Positions 49,858-60,078 of a DNA stretch of 64,000 nt are shown here, piece after piece. Where the stretch lies: the NCBI GenBank assembly GCA_963795085.1, contig CAWCFX010000006.1, positions 640,001-704,000 on the forward strand, written 5' to 3'. The notes under the pieces were generated by a model. That model was not told the origin of the DNA and did not search any database. It worked only from the letters and a program-made list of their open reading frames with translations. This DNA comes from an uncultured Gemmatimonadales bacterium (GTDB lineage Bacteria > Gemmatimonadota > Gemmatimonadetes > Gemmatimonadales > GWC2-71-9). Within the stretch, counting starts at the first letter, position 1. Every line of letters starts with the position of its first letter. A program made the position numbers and the translations under genes.

Positions 49858-51150
49858 GTGCCGGGCGACTCGAGCGCCACGGCCGCCCGACGCGCTGCCC
49901 TGCATACGCTCGAAGCCTGTGCCCGGGGACGGGTCTTCGAGCATGCCCTGGAGGAATCCTCCCGCGGCCTCGGCGAACGGGACCGCCGGCTGGCCCACGA
50001 ACTCGCGGCGGGCGTCCTCCGCCGGCAATCGTCACTGGACGCCATGCTGGCCCCGCTGGTCTCCCGCGACTGGCCTTCGGTCGCCGCCCCGCTCCGCGCG
50101 ATCCTCAGGCTGGGCGCGTACCAGCTTACCAGCCTCGACCGGGTGCCGGTCCATGCCGCGGTGGACACCAGCGTGGAACTGGCCCGGGAGGCCAGCGGGA
50201 CCCGCGCGGCCGGATTCGTCAACGCCGTGCTCCGACGGCTTGCCGCGGATCCGGCCCGCCGGGCCCCCGCCGCACCCGACACCCAGGCCGACTCCCATCC
50301 GGGGTGGCTGGCAGACCGGTGGCGCCAGCGCTTCGGCGACGACGAGACCCGGGACCTGATGATCTGGAACGACCAGCATCCCCGTCTCGCGGTGCAGTCG
50401 GCGCGGGAGTCGGTGGAGGCCCTGGCCCCGGCTTGGCGGGAACAGGGGTTCCAGGTCGAGCCGGCGCCCTTCGGCGCCGGCCTCTACGTGGACGCCCGGC
50501 GGCCGGACCAGTTGGACGGCTTCGCCCGGGGCGCCTTCCTCGTCCAGGACCCGGCCCAGAACCTGGTGTCCCGCTTCGCGGGACTGGCGGGCGCCCGGGT
50601 GTACGACGCCTGCGCCGCGCCCGGAGGCAAGACGCTCGCCCTGGCCCGCGAGGGAGCCACCGTGTTCGCCGGTGATCGCAACCGGCTCCGGGTGCGGCGT
50701 ATCCGCCAGAATATTCTGCGGGCCGGCAGCGGACGGGAGTATCCCCTCGTGGCGGATGCCCTCGTGCCTCCGCTCCGCGAGGTGGAATCGGTCCTCCTCG
50801 ATGCCCCCTGCCTGGGCACCGGAACTTTCGCGCGGCATCCCGATGCCCGGTGGCGAGTCTCGCCGGAGGCGCTGGATGCGCTGGCCCGCCAGCAGCGGGA
50901 CATGCTGGAGCGGCTTTCTGCTCTGGTCCGGCCCGGTGGGATGTTAGTTTACGCCACCTGCTCCCTTGAGCCTGAGGAGAACGAAAGCCAGGTGGATGCC
51001 TTCCTGACCAGCCATCCGGAGTTTCGCCGCGAGGACAACCCCGGGGTGCCGGCTGAGTTGCGCTCGCCCGCCGGCGACCTCTGCATCCTGCCCCAGCGGC
51101 ACCGCATGGACGGCGCCTTTGCCGCCCGGCTGCGGCGGAGCGCCCCGTGA
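49858..51150 (+). CDS. rsmB: 16S rRNA m5C967 methyltransferase (NusB-like plus MTase domains)
   Basis: LRLGAYQL, FVNAVLR, SHP, DACAAPGGK, DAPCLGTG and YATCSLEPEENE. Start is GTG 49858 or CTG 49840. Confidence 0.93.
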   Translation: MPGDSSATAARRAALHTLEACARGRVFEHALEESSRGLGERDRRLAHELAAGVLRRQSSLDAMLAPLVSRDWPSVAAPLRAILRLGAYQLTSLDRVPVHAAVDTSVELAREASGTRAAGFVNAVLRRLAADPARRAPAAPDTQADSHPGWLADRWRQRFGDDETRDLMIWNDQHPRLAVQSARESVEALAPAWREQGFQVEPAPFGAGLYVDARRPDQLDGFARGAFLVQDPAQNLVSRFAGLAGARVYDACAAPGGKTLALAREGATVFAGDRNRLRVRRIRQNILRAGSGREYPLVADALVPPLREVESVLLDAPCLGTGTFARHPDARWRVSPEALDALARQQRDMLERLSALVRPGGMLVYATCSLEPEENESQVDAFLTSHPEFRREDNPGVPAELRSPAGDLCILPQRHRMDGAFAARLRRSAP

Positions 51151-51904
51151 AGTTCCGGCGCGCCGGGTCCGCCCCCTTTTTCTCGACCATGAAAGGACGC
51201 CGGGTATTGCGGGGGGGGATCCTGATTGGATTGGCGATGGTCGCCGGCTACCTGCTTTCGGCCTTCTGGCTGTTTCCGGCCCCGCTCTTCTCCCGGGACC
51301 ATTCGATTCCCCGGGTCCTCGACATGGGCCTCACCGACGCGCAGGAGCGGCTCACCACGGCCGGCTTTCGGGTCAAGATCGCGGCGGAAGAACCCGACCC
51401 CCGCGCGGGCCGGGGCAAGGTGGTCTGGCAGGATCCGCCGCCAGGGACCATCGTTCCGGCGGGCAGCACCGTCGAGATCACGCCCAGTGCGGGGTCTCCC
51501 TCCATCCCGGTGCCGGACGTGGTCAACTTCGATGCCCTGGAGGCCCGGAAAATCCTCCTGGCCGCGGGACTGGCGGTGGGCCGGGAAGATTCGGTAGAGT
51601 CGAGCCTGGAAACCGGCGTCGTGGTCCAGACCCGGCCGGGCGGGGGCGCCGCGCGCGACCGGGGGGCGGCCGTGGATCTCGTGGTGAGCAGCGGTCCGCC
51701 CCGCGCCGGCGTCCCCAGCGTGGTCGGGATGTCGCTCCTCGATGCCCGCCTGCTGGTGCAGCGGGTGGGGCTCACCGTCGGCGGCCTTCGGATAGCGCCC
51801 AGCCAGGGCCCCGCCGGCGTCGTGCTGGAGCAGCAGCCCGCGGCCGGCGCCCGCCTGGTGCGGGGCAGCCAGGTGAACCTGACCATCAGCGGAAAAGAGG
51901 AGTC

Positions 51905-51908
<4 letters not shown>
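51147..51908 (+). CDS. Membrane-anchored triple PASTA-domain protein
   Basis: A TM helix followed by three repeats (IPRVLDM, VPDVVNF, VPSVVGM), each with a Q.P..G motif. Confidence 0.88.
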
Positions 51909-52570
<662 letters not shown>

Positions 52571-52612
52571 CCCTCGGTCACGGGCCATTAGTCATTAGCG
52601 GATAGGTCTTTC

Positions 52613-53176
52613 ATGTCGAAGCAATGGTTGGTCGTCGGGTTCATCGTGTCCGGCCTGGTGGTCGGCGGGTTGGCGCTGTCCAAGGTGGGGGAGAAGCTCG
52701 AACGGGTGGAGGTGGGCGGCCCGATGCCCGACTATCGCCTGACCGATTCCCGGACCGGTGATTCGCTCTCGCTCCGGGAGCGCTACCGCGGATCGGTGAC
52801 CCTGGTGAACATCTGGGCCACCTGGTGTCTGCCCTGCCGCACCGAGATGCCGTCCATGCAGCAGGTCTACGAAGCCCTCAGGGACGACGGGTTCCGGATC
52901 GCCGCGGTGAGCGTGGACGACGATTCCGACGATGTCGTCAACGCCTTCGCGGAGAGTTACGGGCTGACCTTCGATATCCTGCACGACCGGTCGGGCGGCA
53001 TCCAGAAGACTTACCAGACCACTGGCGTCCCCGAGAGTTTCCTGGTGGACAAGAACGGGATCATCGTGCGGCGGGTCATCGGGGCCCACGACTGGAACTC
53101 CCCGGTCAACCGGGGGCTGATCGAACGGCTGCTCGGGGAGACCGGGCCGCAGTCGGGGGTCGCGTCGGCCCGATGA
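52613..53176 (+). CDS. TlpA/ResA-family thiol-disulfide oxidoreductase
   Basis: N-terminal TM, NIWATWCLPCRTEMP and GVPESFLVD. Confidence 0.92.
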   Translation: MSKQWLVVGFIVSGLVVGGLALSKVGEKLERVEVGGPMPDYRLTDSRTGDSLSLRERYRGSVTLVNIWATWCLPCRTEMPSMQQVYEALRDDGFRIAAVSVDDDSDDVVNAFAESYGLTFDILHDRSGGIQKTYQTTGVPESFLVDKNGIIVRRVIGAHDWNSPVNRGLIERLLGETGPQSGVASAR

Positions 53177-54219
53177 CCCTGCGGGTGCTCGCCATCGAAA
53201 CGTCGTGCGACGAGACCTCTGCCGCCGTGCTGAGCACGGCCGCGGCCGGGACCCGGCTCGACAGCCTGGTCATCCTGTCCCAGGATATCCACGCCGTGTT
53301 CGGCGGGGTGGTCCCGGAACTGGCCAGCCGGGCCCATCTCCGGACCATCGCTTCAGTGGTGGACCAGGCCCTGGAGCGGGCCGGGATCTCCCTGGACGAT
53401 GTCGGTGCGGTCGCAGTCACGGCGGGGCCCGGACTGGTGGGCGCCCTGCTGGTGGGGGTGATGTACGGCAAGACCCTGGCGCTGGCGCGGAACCTTCCGC
53501 TCATCGGCGTCCACCACATGGAGGGCCATCTCTTCGCCGCGACACTGGAAGACCCGGCCTTTGCCCCGCCCTTTGTCGGACTGCTGGTAAGCGGGGGGCA
53601 CACCATGCTGCTCGACGTGCCCCGCTGGGGCGAGTATCGGCTGCTGGGACAGACCCGCGACGATGCGGCGGGAGAAGCCTTCGACAAGGTCTCGACCCTG
53701 CTGGGACTGGGATACCCCGGAGGACCGGTCATCGAACGGCTGGCCGCCACCGGGCAGCCCGGCCGCTATGACTTCCCCCGGCCCATGCTGCGCGAGCTCG
53801 AGAAAACCGGCGGCGCCCGCTACGAATTTTCGTTCAGCGGGCTCAAGACCGCGGTGCTTCGCGCCGTGAAGGCCTCGGCCGACCTCGCCACCGACCGGCC
53901 TCATCTGGCCCGGGGGTTCCAGGACGCGGTGCTCGATGTCCTGGTGGAAAAGACCGCGCACGCGACCGAATTTCTGGGATACTCCACCGCGATGCTCGGC
54001 GGCGGCGTCGCCTGCAACCGGACCCTGGCCGATCGCCTGAGGACCCGGCTGGGAAGCACCGTGCGGGTCGTGGCGGCTACGCCGCGGCTCAACACCGATA
54101 ACGCGGGCATGATCGGCGCAGCGGGCGCCTGGCGGCTGGCCCGCGGCGAACGGAGCGGGCTCGACCTGGAACCGAAAGCTGACCTGGCGTTTCCTGGACT
54201 GGTCAGCGCGGCGCCCTGA
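53173..54219 (+). CDS. tsaD: tRNA threonylcarbamoyladenosine transferase
   Basis: IETSCDET, GGVVPELASRAH, HHMEGH, DDAAGEAFDK and TDNAGMI. Confidence 0.97.
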   Translation: MTLRVLAIETSCDETSAAVLSTAAAGTRLDSLVILSQDIHAVFGGVVPELASRAHLRTIASVVDQALERAGISLDDVGAVAVTAGPGLVGALLVGVMYGKTLALARNLPLIGVHHMEGHLFAATLEDPAFAPPFVGLLVSGGHTMLLDVPRWGEYRLLGQTRDDAAGEAFDKVSTLLGLGYPGGPVIERLAATGQPGRYDFPRPMLRELEKTGGARYEFSFSGLKTAVLRAVKASADLATDRPHLARGFQDAVLDVLVEKTAHATEFLGYSTAMLGGGVACNRTLADRLRTRLGSTVRVVAATPRLNTDNAGMIGAAGAWRLARGERSGLDLEPKADLAFPGLVSAAP

Positions 54220-54262
54220 CGAATCGCCAATCGTTTCGACCATTCATTCACCCAAAGGCTCC

Positions 54263-55126
54263 ATGGACGTCTACCCTTTCATCCTCGACCTGGGCCCCCT
54301 CGAAATCACCGGCTACGGCCTCATGATGATGGTGGGCTTCCTCGCCGGCGGCTGGCTGCTCGGGCTTGAACTGCGCCGCCAGGGGCTCCGCGAGGATTAC
54401 GCGGCCGAGATCACCATCGCCGCGGTGATTGGCGGAGTGATCGGGGCCAAGCTCTGGTACGTCGCGCTGACCCGCGACATGGATGCCCTGCTCTCCCGGG
54501 GAGGCCTGGTCTGGTACGGCGGCCTCATCGGGGGCACCATCGCGGTCGTGCTCAACGGATGGCGGCTCCGGGTGCCCACCCGGTGGACCGCTCACCTGGC
54601 GGCCCCCGCGCTTGCCGCCAGCTATGCGCTGGGACGGGTCGGGTGCTTCCTCGTCAACGACGACTACGGCGTGCCGACCAGCCTGCCCTGGGGCGTGCGG
54701 TTCCGGCAGGGCCTGCCCCCCTCCACCGCGGAAAACATGCAGTCCCTGTTCGGCATCCCCGTCCCGCCGGGCGTGGATCCGGGGACCGTCCTGGCCGTGC
54801 ATCCCACCCAGATCTACGAAACCATCGCCATGCTGCTGGCCTTCGCGGTGCTGTGGCGGCTCCGGAAAAAGGAGTGGGGGACCGGTGCGCTATTCGGCGT
54901 CTACCTGATGTTCGCCGGCGTGGAGCGCTTCCTGGTGGAGTTCGTTCGCGCCAAGGATGATCGCTTTCTCGGCGCCTTCACCATCGCGCAGCTCACCAGC
55001 CTCATCCTCGTGGCCATCGGCGTGGCGGTCTGGAGCCGGCTGAAGTCGGCACCGCCCGCGGATCCGGGCGCCTATCTCCAGAATCGTCAGCCCGCCGAAG
55101 CAGTCAAACCTTCGACAGTGAGCTAA
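54263..55126 (+). CDS. lgt: Prolipoprotein diacylglyceryl transferase
   Basis: YGLM, GGLVWYGGLIGG, GRVGCF, HPTQIYE and RFLVEFVR. Confidence 0.95.
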   Translation: MDVYPFILDLGPLEITGYGLMMMVGFLAGGWLLGLELRRQGLREDYAAEITIAAVIGGVIGAKLWYVALTRDMDALLSRGGLVWYGGLIGGTIAVVLNGWRLRVPTRWTAHLAAPALAASYALGRVGCFLVNDDYGVPTSLPWGVRFRQGLPPSTAENMQSLFGIPVPPGVDPGTVLAVHPTQIYETIAMLLAFAVLWRLRKKEWGTGALFGVYLMFAGVERFLVEFVRAKDDRFLGAFTIAQLTSLILVAIGVAVWSRLKSAPPADPGAYLQNRQPAEAVKPSTVS

Positions 55127-55232
55127 GTGCAGACAGCGTAAGCGGCTGAGTTGGCGGGGGGCCTGAGCGTCAAAGAACCGAACGACTGGAGGCCACAACG
55201 GCAGCCCGTTACAGATGATTTAAGTCGTTACA

Positions 55233-55245
55233 TATAAATAAGTTA
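55233..55245 (+). promoter_or_regulatory. IHF-like binding site
   Basis: TATAAATAAGTTA matches WATCAANNNNTTR with one mismatch, in an AT-rich patch just upstream of a sigma54 site. Confidence 0.55.
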
Positions 55246-55260
55246 CCCTTTCACCCTCAG

Positions 55261-55276
55261 TGGCACCCGACTTGCT
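55261..55276 (+). promoter_or_regulatory. Sigma54 (-24/-12) promoter
   Basis: TGGCAC-CCGAC-TTGCT is a perfect match to the TGGCAC-N5-TTGCW consensus. Confidence 0.85.
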
Positions 55277-55286
55277 TTGTATCGGA

Positions 55287-55425
55287 CCGACGTCCGGAAG
55301 GTCGGACCCGGAAAGTGGCAGGTCGAAGAAGAGTGGAGCGGGCACATCCGTCCGTTTCCGTTAACTCAGGGGGCGATCTGTCACCCATTGTGAAGAAACC
55401 CGCGGATATGTCCGCGGGTTTTTTC
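55287..55425 (+). ncRNA. Putative sigma54-dependent small RNA (~140 nt)
   Basis: Lies between the sigma54 promoter and an intrinsic terminator. Contains hairpins 55287-55305, 55305-55324 and 55331-55367, and no credible CDS. Confidence 0.65.
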
Positions 55426-55430
55426 GTTTT
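55396..55430 (+). terminator. Rho-independent terminator, probably bidirectional
   Basis: AAACCCGCGGA-TATG-TCCGCGGGTTT followed by TTTCGTTTT. Confidence 0.9.
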
Positions 55431-55453
55431 CGGCTCTGTGCGGTCCGGCGTTC

Positions 55454-57577
55454 TTACTTCCGAGAACCGGCCCGGCTCCCCAGTTTCTGCTTCAACCGCT
55501 CTACCTCCGCGCGCAACTCGGCCAGATCGGCGTCCATTCGTTCGAGCGAGCGGATGATATCCCGGTCCACCTGGCTTTGGGAGGCGGGCGGGCGCGGCTC
55601 CACCCGCGGCTTGACCGGATCGGGAACCCGCTGGCTGGTGACCTTGAGCCGGCGCGGCTCGATCACGAACGTCCACAGGACGGCGACCAGGAAGAGCAGC
55701 AGCAGAACGCCCTGGGCTGCCAGCGTTTCGACGGTGGGGTAGATCCCCATCCCCGGGATGCGAGGCGCCCAGTTCACCGGCGTGTAGGACATGAGGCCGC
55801 CCTCCTGCAATTCGACGATGCCCTTGCCGGCGAAGACAAACGCCATGTAGTACAGGAACGCACTGGTCACCGCGAAAAACGGCTTGAGCGGAATTCGCAC
55901 CCCGAACCGGTTGATCGCGTAATACACCGCCACCAGGATGATGGACCCCGCCCCGATGCCGGCAATGACCGGCATGACGCCGGCATCGGGGCCCCCCGCC
56001 AGGAACAGGGCCTTGTAGAACAGCACCGTTTCGAACCCCTCCCGGTAGACCGCCAGGAACGCCACCGACGCCAGCGCGAGCGCGGAGCCGCTGGTAAGGG
56101 CATCCTCGACTTTGGCCTTCACAAACCGGTTCCAGCGGCCCACCTCCATCTTGGACAGGAGCCAGTAGCTGACGTAGAACAGCATCACGACCGCGAACAT
56201 CATCGTGATGCCCTCGAGCGCCTCCTGCCGGCCCGGGGAGAGGCGGATCAGGGTCGTCAGCACCACTGCGGTGAGCAGGCTTGCCAAGATGGCCGCGCCG
56301 GCGCCAATGTGGATGTCCCGCTTGCGATGGCCGGCCCCCATCTTCATCAGCATGGTGACCAGCGCGCCCAGGATCAGGATCGCCTCCAACCCCTCCCGCA
56401 GCATCAGGCCAAAGGAACTGACGAACAGATTGGCCGGCGACATGGTGTCGCCCAGGGATCGTTCCGCCTTCTCCAGCCCCGCCAGGATGCTGGAACGAAT
56501 GATTTGGATCTCCTGCGCGGTCGCCCCGCCGGCCACCCGGGTGCGCAGCGAGGCGAACGCCGTTTCCAGGTCCGCCGCGAGGCCGTTGTCCTGGGCCCGC
56601 ACCTGGGGTTCAACCTGTTCGAACGTCATGTAGGCGTCGAAGGCGGTCGCACTCGCGGCATCGCCCCGGCCCAGCGCCGCCAGCGCCAAGGCCGAATCCA
56701 CCTGCTCCCGCACCTGGGCGAAAATGGGCCCGGCGGCGTTGCCGGCCGTCGCAACCAGCTGATAATTCCGGACCGCGGCAACCTGGGAGAGGGCCGCCGC
56801 CGCGGACGGGTCCGTCCCCGGCACCAGGGCCCGGGCCAGTTCCTCATCGCTCATCCGGGCCGAGGTGGCAAAGGCGCGGAGCGCGGGCGGAACTTCGCCG
56901 GTGGGCGCCGGCAGCCGCAGCACGGTCGCATAGGCGGCCGCGGCCCACCGGTCCTCGAACGAAAGCCGGCTCTCATAGCCCGGCATCGCGGTGCCCGTCA
57001 CCCCGATGGTGATCTTGTGGAAGTAGTCGAGCGGGGTGACGTCCCGGAGCGCGTTGGCGTCGGCCAGGTTGGCCGGCAGGGGATCCAGGCCGGTGGCGGC
57101 GGGACCGTCGCCGCGGCCGAGGGTTCCATGGCAACTGGCGCAGTTGGCCTGGTAGACCTCCGCGCCCCGGGCCAGCGTGGGAAGCCGGGCAGGAAACTCA
57201 TCCAGCGAAACACCCAGCCGCTGAGCGAGCTGGGTGGAAAATGCGCCGACCCGGGCCGCCACCGAATCACCCGGCGCCAGCCGGGCAACCATGGCCAGGA
57301 TCGCGTCCAATTCGACGGCGGCCGAGCGGCTCAACTCGGGAGGGAGCAGCCCGGCGGTCCGCCTCGCTTCGGTCAGGAAGAGCGTGGCTTCTTCGACCTC
57401 GGCGGGAAGGACAACCTTGCCGTGCTGTACGCCGAGCCGATACTCCTGCGCCGCCAATCGGGCAGTGGCGGCGATGCGGCGCACCGATTGAGTATGGTCG
57501 CCGCCGGCCGGGACAGGTTGCTGAAAGATGACCAGGCTGGCCAGGACAAGGCTCGGCAGCCCACTAATGAGAACCAT
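55454..57577 (-). CDS. Cytochrome c / FTR1-family iron permease (PbrT/EfeU-like)
   Basis: Heme motif CASCH, REGLE and REGFE motifs, and a multi-TM C-terminal domain. Start is ATG 57577 or TTG 57583. Confidence 0.92.
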   Translation of the reverse strand: MVLISGLPSLVLASLVIFQQPVPAGGDHTQSVRRIAATARLAAQEYRLGVQHGKVVLPAEVEEATLFLTEARRTAGLLPPELSRSAAVELDAILAMVARLAPGDSVAARVGAFSTQLAQRLGVSLDEFPARLPTLARGAEVYQANCASCHGTLGRGDGPAATGLDPLPANLADANALRDVTPLDYFHKITIGVTGTAMPGYESRLSFEDRWAAAAYATVLRLPAPTGEVPPALRAFATSARMSDEELARALVPGTDPSAAAALSQVAAVRNYQLVATAGNAAGPIFAQVREQVDSALALAALGRGDAASATAFDAYMTFEQVEPQVRAQDNGLAADLETAFASLRTRVAGGATAQEIQIIRSSILAGLEKAERSLGDTMSPANLFVSSFGLMLREGLEAILILGALVTMLMKMGAGHRKRDIHIGAGAAILASLLTAVVLTTLIRLSPGRQEALEGITMMFAVVMLFYVSYWLLSKMEVGRWNRFVKAKVEDALTSGSALALASVAFLAVYREGFETVLFYKALFLAGGPDAGVMPVIAGIGAGSIILVAVYYAINRFGVRIPLKPFFAVTSAFLYYMAFVFAGKGIVELQEGGLMSYTPVNWAPRIPGMGIYPTVETLAAQGVLLLLFLVAVLWTFVIEPRRLKVTSQRVPDPVKPRVEPRPPASQSQVDRDIIRSLERMDADLAELRAEVERLKQKLGSRAGSRK

Positions 57578-57584
57578 TCTCAAT
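57566..57584. promoter_or_regulatory. Fur-like operator overlapping the iron permease start
   Basis: AATGAGAACCATTCTCAAT contains a TGAGAA-N3-TTCTCA palindrome resembling the 7-1-7 Fur box. Confidence 0.7.
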
Positions 57585-57604
57585 CCGTTTGGGGAACCGC
57601 CGTA

Positions 57605-57633
57605 AAACTAGAGCTAACCAGCCGGGATGGCAA
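57605..57633 (-). promoter_or_regulatory. Sigma70-type promoter of the iron permease
   Basis: TTGCCA-N17-TAGTTT on the minus strand. Confidence 0.6.
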
Positions 57634-57645
57634 TGGGTTGAGACT

Positions 57646-58038
57646 CTACGTGGAGGTCTTGACCAGGAGGGCTACCGCACCGGCGGTGGTGTCTGTATGG
57701 GAGAGAGAGAGGTGTATCTCGAGCGGACCATAGAGGTCGGCCAGCCGCTGGGCGGCGTTGTGAAGGCGGAGCGCCGGACGTCCATCGACGTGGCGGAGCA
57801 CCTCGAGATCCTGCCACCCCACGGCGCGGGCATCGGGGAGGGATTGCAGCGCCTTGTAGGCCGCTTCCTTGGCGGCGATCCGGGCGGCCACGGCGCGGGC
57901 GGGCGTGTGCAGGGTAGCGATGTAGGCCCGTTCCCGCTCGGTCAGCAGCTTCTTGATGACCCGCTGCCCCTTGTCCTTCATCATCTGTTCGATGCGATGG
58001 ACGTCCACGAGGTCGATCCCAATGCCGATAACGTTCAT
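57646..58038 (-). CDS. acpS: Holo-[acyl-carrier-protein] synthase
   Basis: GIGIDLVD, ARIAAKEAAYKA, GRP and LSLSH. Confidence 0.95.
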   Translation of the reverse strand: MNVIGIGIDLVDVHRIEQMMKDKGQRVIKKLLTERERAYIATLHTPARAVAARIAAKEAAYKALQSLPDARAVGWQDLEVLRHVDGRPALRLHNAAQRLADLYGPLEIHLSLSHTDTTAGAVALLVKTST

Positions 58039-58808
58039 GCCGGCTCCACGAGGCGATCCCACCACTGCCACCACCAGTCGGCGACGCGGTCCAGGAACGG
58101 GGGTCCCGGAAGATAGCCGCCGATGACGAGCCCCGCGTACACCAGCAGAGCAATGACCGCGGCGCTGACCGCCCAGAGTACCCAGCGTGACCGGCGCCAG
58201 CTGCGGACAGAATTCTCCAGCGGAGACCACCGGTCCCATTCCTCGAGGGCGGCCTGTTCCAGGTCGAGCCAGGCGGCCTCGAGGCTCCGGGCCGCCGTGG
58301 TCAGGGACTCCCGCCACCGGTCGCCCGCTGCCCGGTCGAGCACCCCGGCTTCGCGCATCCGGTGGCCCTCCCGATCCAGGTCCACGAGGCCCTCGGCCAA
58401 CGCGAATCCCGCCCTTCCCAACCGGGCGGCCACCGCGCGTTTCTCGGCATCGGTCAGCAGCACTTTGCGAAGGGTGCGGCGGGGAATGAGGGATTCGTGC
58501 GCCGCGGCCAGCAGCCTCGCATCGATCGCGGTCGCCATGGTTTCGGCGGCGGCCCGGGCCGCCGCCTCCCATGCGGCCAGCCAGGCGGCGCGTCCCAGGG
58601 CGTCCACCGCGGCCTGGCGGTCGCCGGCGGAACTCCACGAACGGGCGTCGGCGGCCAGCTCAAAGATCGCCGTCGCCAGGTCGAGCCGAATGGCATCGAG
58701 GGGAACCGGCGTATGCGGCGGCCCCGAGGGCAGCGCGATACGGCCCAGTGAGGAGCCGAGCTCCGGAATGAGAACGGCCGAGGAAACCCGGACCGGGCTA
58801 CCGGTCAT
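58035..58808 (-). CDS. Hypothetical helical protein with C-terminal membrane anchor
   Basis: Overlaps both neighbours in operon fashion. C-terminal TM helix WVLWAVSAAVIALLVYAGLVIGG. Confidence 0.7.
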   Translation of the reverse strand: MTGSPVRVSSAVLIPELGSSLGRIALPSGPPHTPVPLDAIRLDLATAIFELAADARSWSSAGDRQAAVDALGRAAWLAAWEAAARAAAETMATAIDARLLAAAHESLIPRRTLRKVLLTDAEKRAVAARLGRAGFALAEGLVDLDREGHRMREAGVLDRAAGDRWRESLTTAARSLEAAWLDLEQAALEEWDRWSPLENSVRSWRRSRWVLWAVSAAVIALLVYAGLVIGGYLPGPPFLDRVADWWWQWWDRLVEPA

Positions 58809-59376
58809 GGAAATCGGCCATCTCGGCCCGGCGTCCGGTCCGCCGTTCAAAACGAGCCACGAAGTCGGCGAGTGAGTCAGCCATGAACTGGTCCCGGGGG
58901 ATCCCGCTGGTTTCGATCGCCCGCTCGATGGCGGCGGGCGGCCCTTCGATCTCGACCAGTACGTCCATCAGGGGGTAGTGTTCCAGCCGGACCGTGGCGG
59001 CCCCCACCCGGTAGGTGCGAATCCGGCGCGAAATGGCATGCACAACGGTGTAGCCGAGGGCCAGGAGGAGAGCGTCAGGCGGGCCTTCGGAGACGGTGTA
59101 CTCCAGTTCCTCCCGGCGCTTGTAGCCTTCGCGGGTCACCGTGGTGGGGCCCTTCCAGCCGAGCACCGAAACCGGCGCGCCCGATTCCGGCAGCATCAGC
59201 CGGGTGCGAAGCACCCCGTCTCCGGAGCCGAGCTCGCCACTCCGGTCGTAGCGGCGGTCCTCCATCCGGCCCGCGAAGGCCAGTGTCGCCCCGGCGGCTT
59301 CCAGCCTTTGCACCAGGCCGTGGGGATCGGCGACGACCGCCTTCAGTTCCAGCTCTTCGTGGGCCGGGAGGATCAC
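58798..59376 (-). CDS. CYTH domain protein (class IV adenylate cyclase CyaB-like)
   Basis: ExExK motif ELELKA, LRTR, WKGP, KRREELE and VEIEG. Confidence 0.85.
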   Translation of the reverse strand: MILPAHEELELKAVVADPHGLVQRLEAAGATLAFAGRMEDRRYDRSGELGSGDGVLRTRLMLPESGAPVSVLGWKGPTTVTREGYKRREELEYTVSEGPPDALLLALGYTVVHAISRRIRTYRVGAATVRLEHYPLMDVLVEIEGPPAAIERAIETSGIPRDQFMADSLADFVARFERRTGRRAEMADFHDR

Positions 59377-59379
59377 CGG

Positions 59380-60078
59380 CTACGCTCCAAAGATGGCATC
59401 GAGAACCGCCGCTGTTTCACTGAGGTCGCTGAAGACGGCGTGGGCGCCCGCCGCTTTCAGTTCCGCAGTGGAATACGCGCCGGTGGCGACTCCGATCGCG
59501 CGGGCGCCGATGCAGGCACCGCAGGTGACATCGGCCGGGGTGTCCCCCACGATCACGACCTCCTGCCCGGCCGGAATCCGCCCGAAGAACGCCTCCGCCC
59601 GCAGTGCGGCAATCGGCGGGAGGTCGGCCCGCTTCGAGGCGTCCGACCCGTAAGCACCCACCCGGAATCGGGCTGGATCGATGCCGCCGCTCTGGAGCTT
59701 GAGAGCGGCGCCCTCGACGAAATTCCCGGTCAGGAGGCCGTTCACCGCCAGCGGGTCCCGGTCCACTTCATCCAGCAGGGGAAGGATACCCGGCATGAGG
59801 GTGGTGCGATGCCCGGGACGCGCCAGTTCCTGCCGCAGCAGGTCCACGTATTTCCGTCCCAGGGCCCGGACCCGGTCGGCCGGCGGCTCTTCTCCCATCC
59901 CCGCGGCCAGCAGTAACTCGGCCAGGATCTGGGGGTCGGTCTTGCCGTCGAAGCGGATCTCCTGCCAGGCATCATGGGTGCCCACCTCCTCGGAGAGGGC
60001 GGCGATGATGGCCCGCCGGCCCGCCCCGTCGGAGAGGAGGATGGTCCCGTCGATATCGAACAACACCAGTTTCTTCAT
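59380..60078 (-). CDS. HAD-family hydrolase (phosphoglycolate phosphatase-like)
   Basis: LFDIDGTIL, LLTGN and VGDTPADV. Confidence 0.92.
   Translation of the reverse strand: MKKLVLFDIDGTILLSDGAGRRAIIAALSEEVGTHDAWQEIRFDGKTDPQILAELLLAAGMGEEPPADRVRALGRKYVDLLRQELARPGHRTTLMPGILPLLDEVDRDPLAVNGLLTGNFVEGAALKLQSGGIDPARFRVGAYGSDASKRADLPPIAALRAEAFFGRIPAGQEVVIVGDTPADVTCGACIGARAIGVATGAYSTAELKAAGAHAVFSDLSETAAVLDAIFGA

Noticed and set aside
55221..55248. AT-rich patch as a dif (XerCD) site
   Set aside because: It matches the XerD arm TTATGTTAAAT and the 11-6-11 layout poorly. Its position just upstream of a -24 box fits IHF better.
55315..55557. 80-aa + strand ORF as the product of the sigma54 promoter
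   Set aside because: It runs through the intrinsic terminator and into the convergent permease gene, and has no clear RBS or motif.
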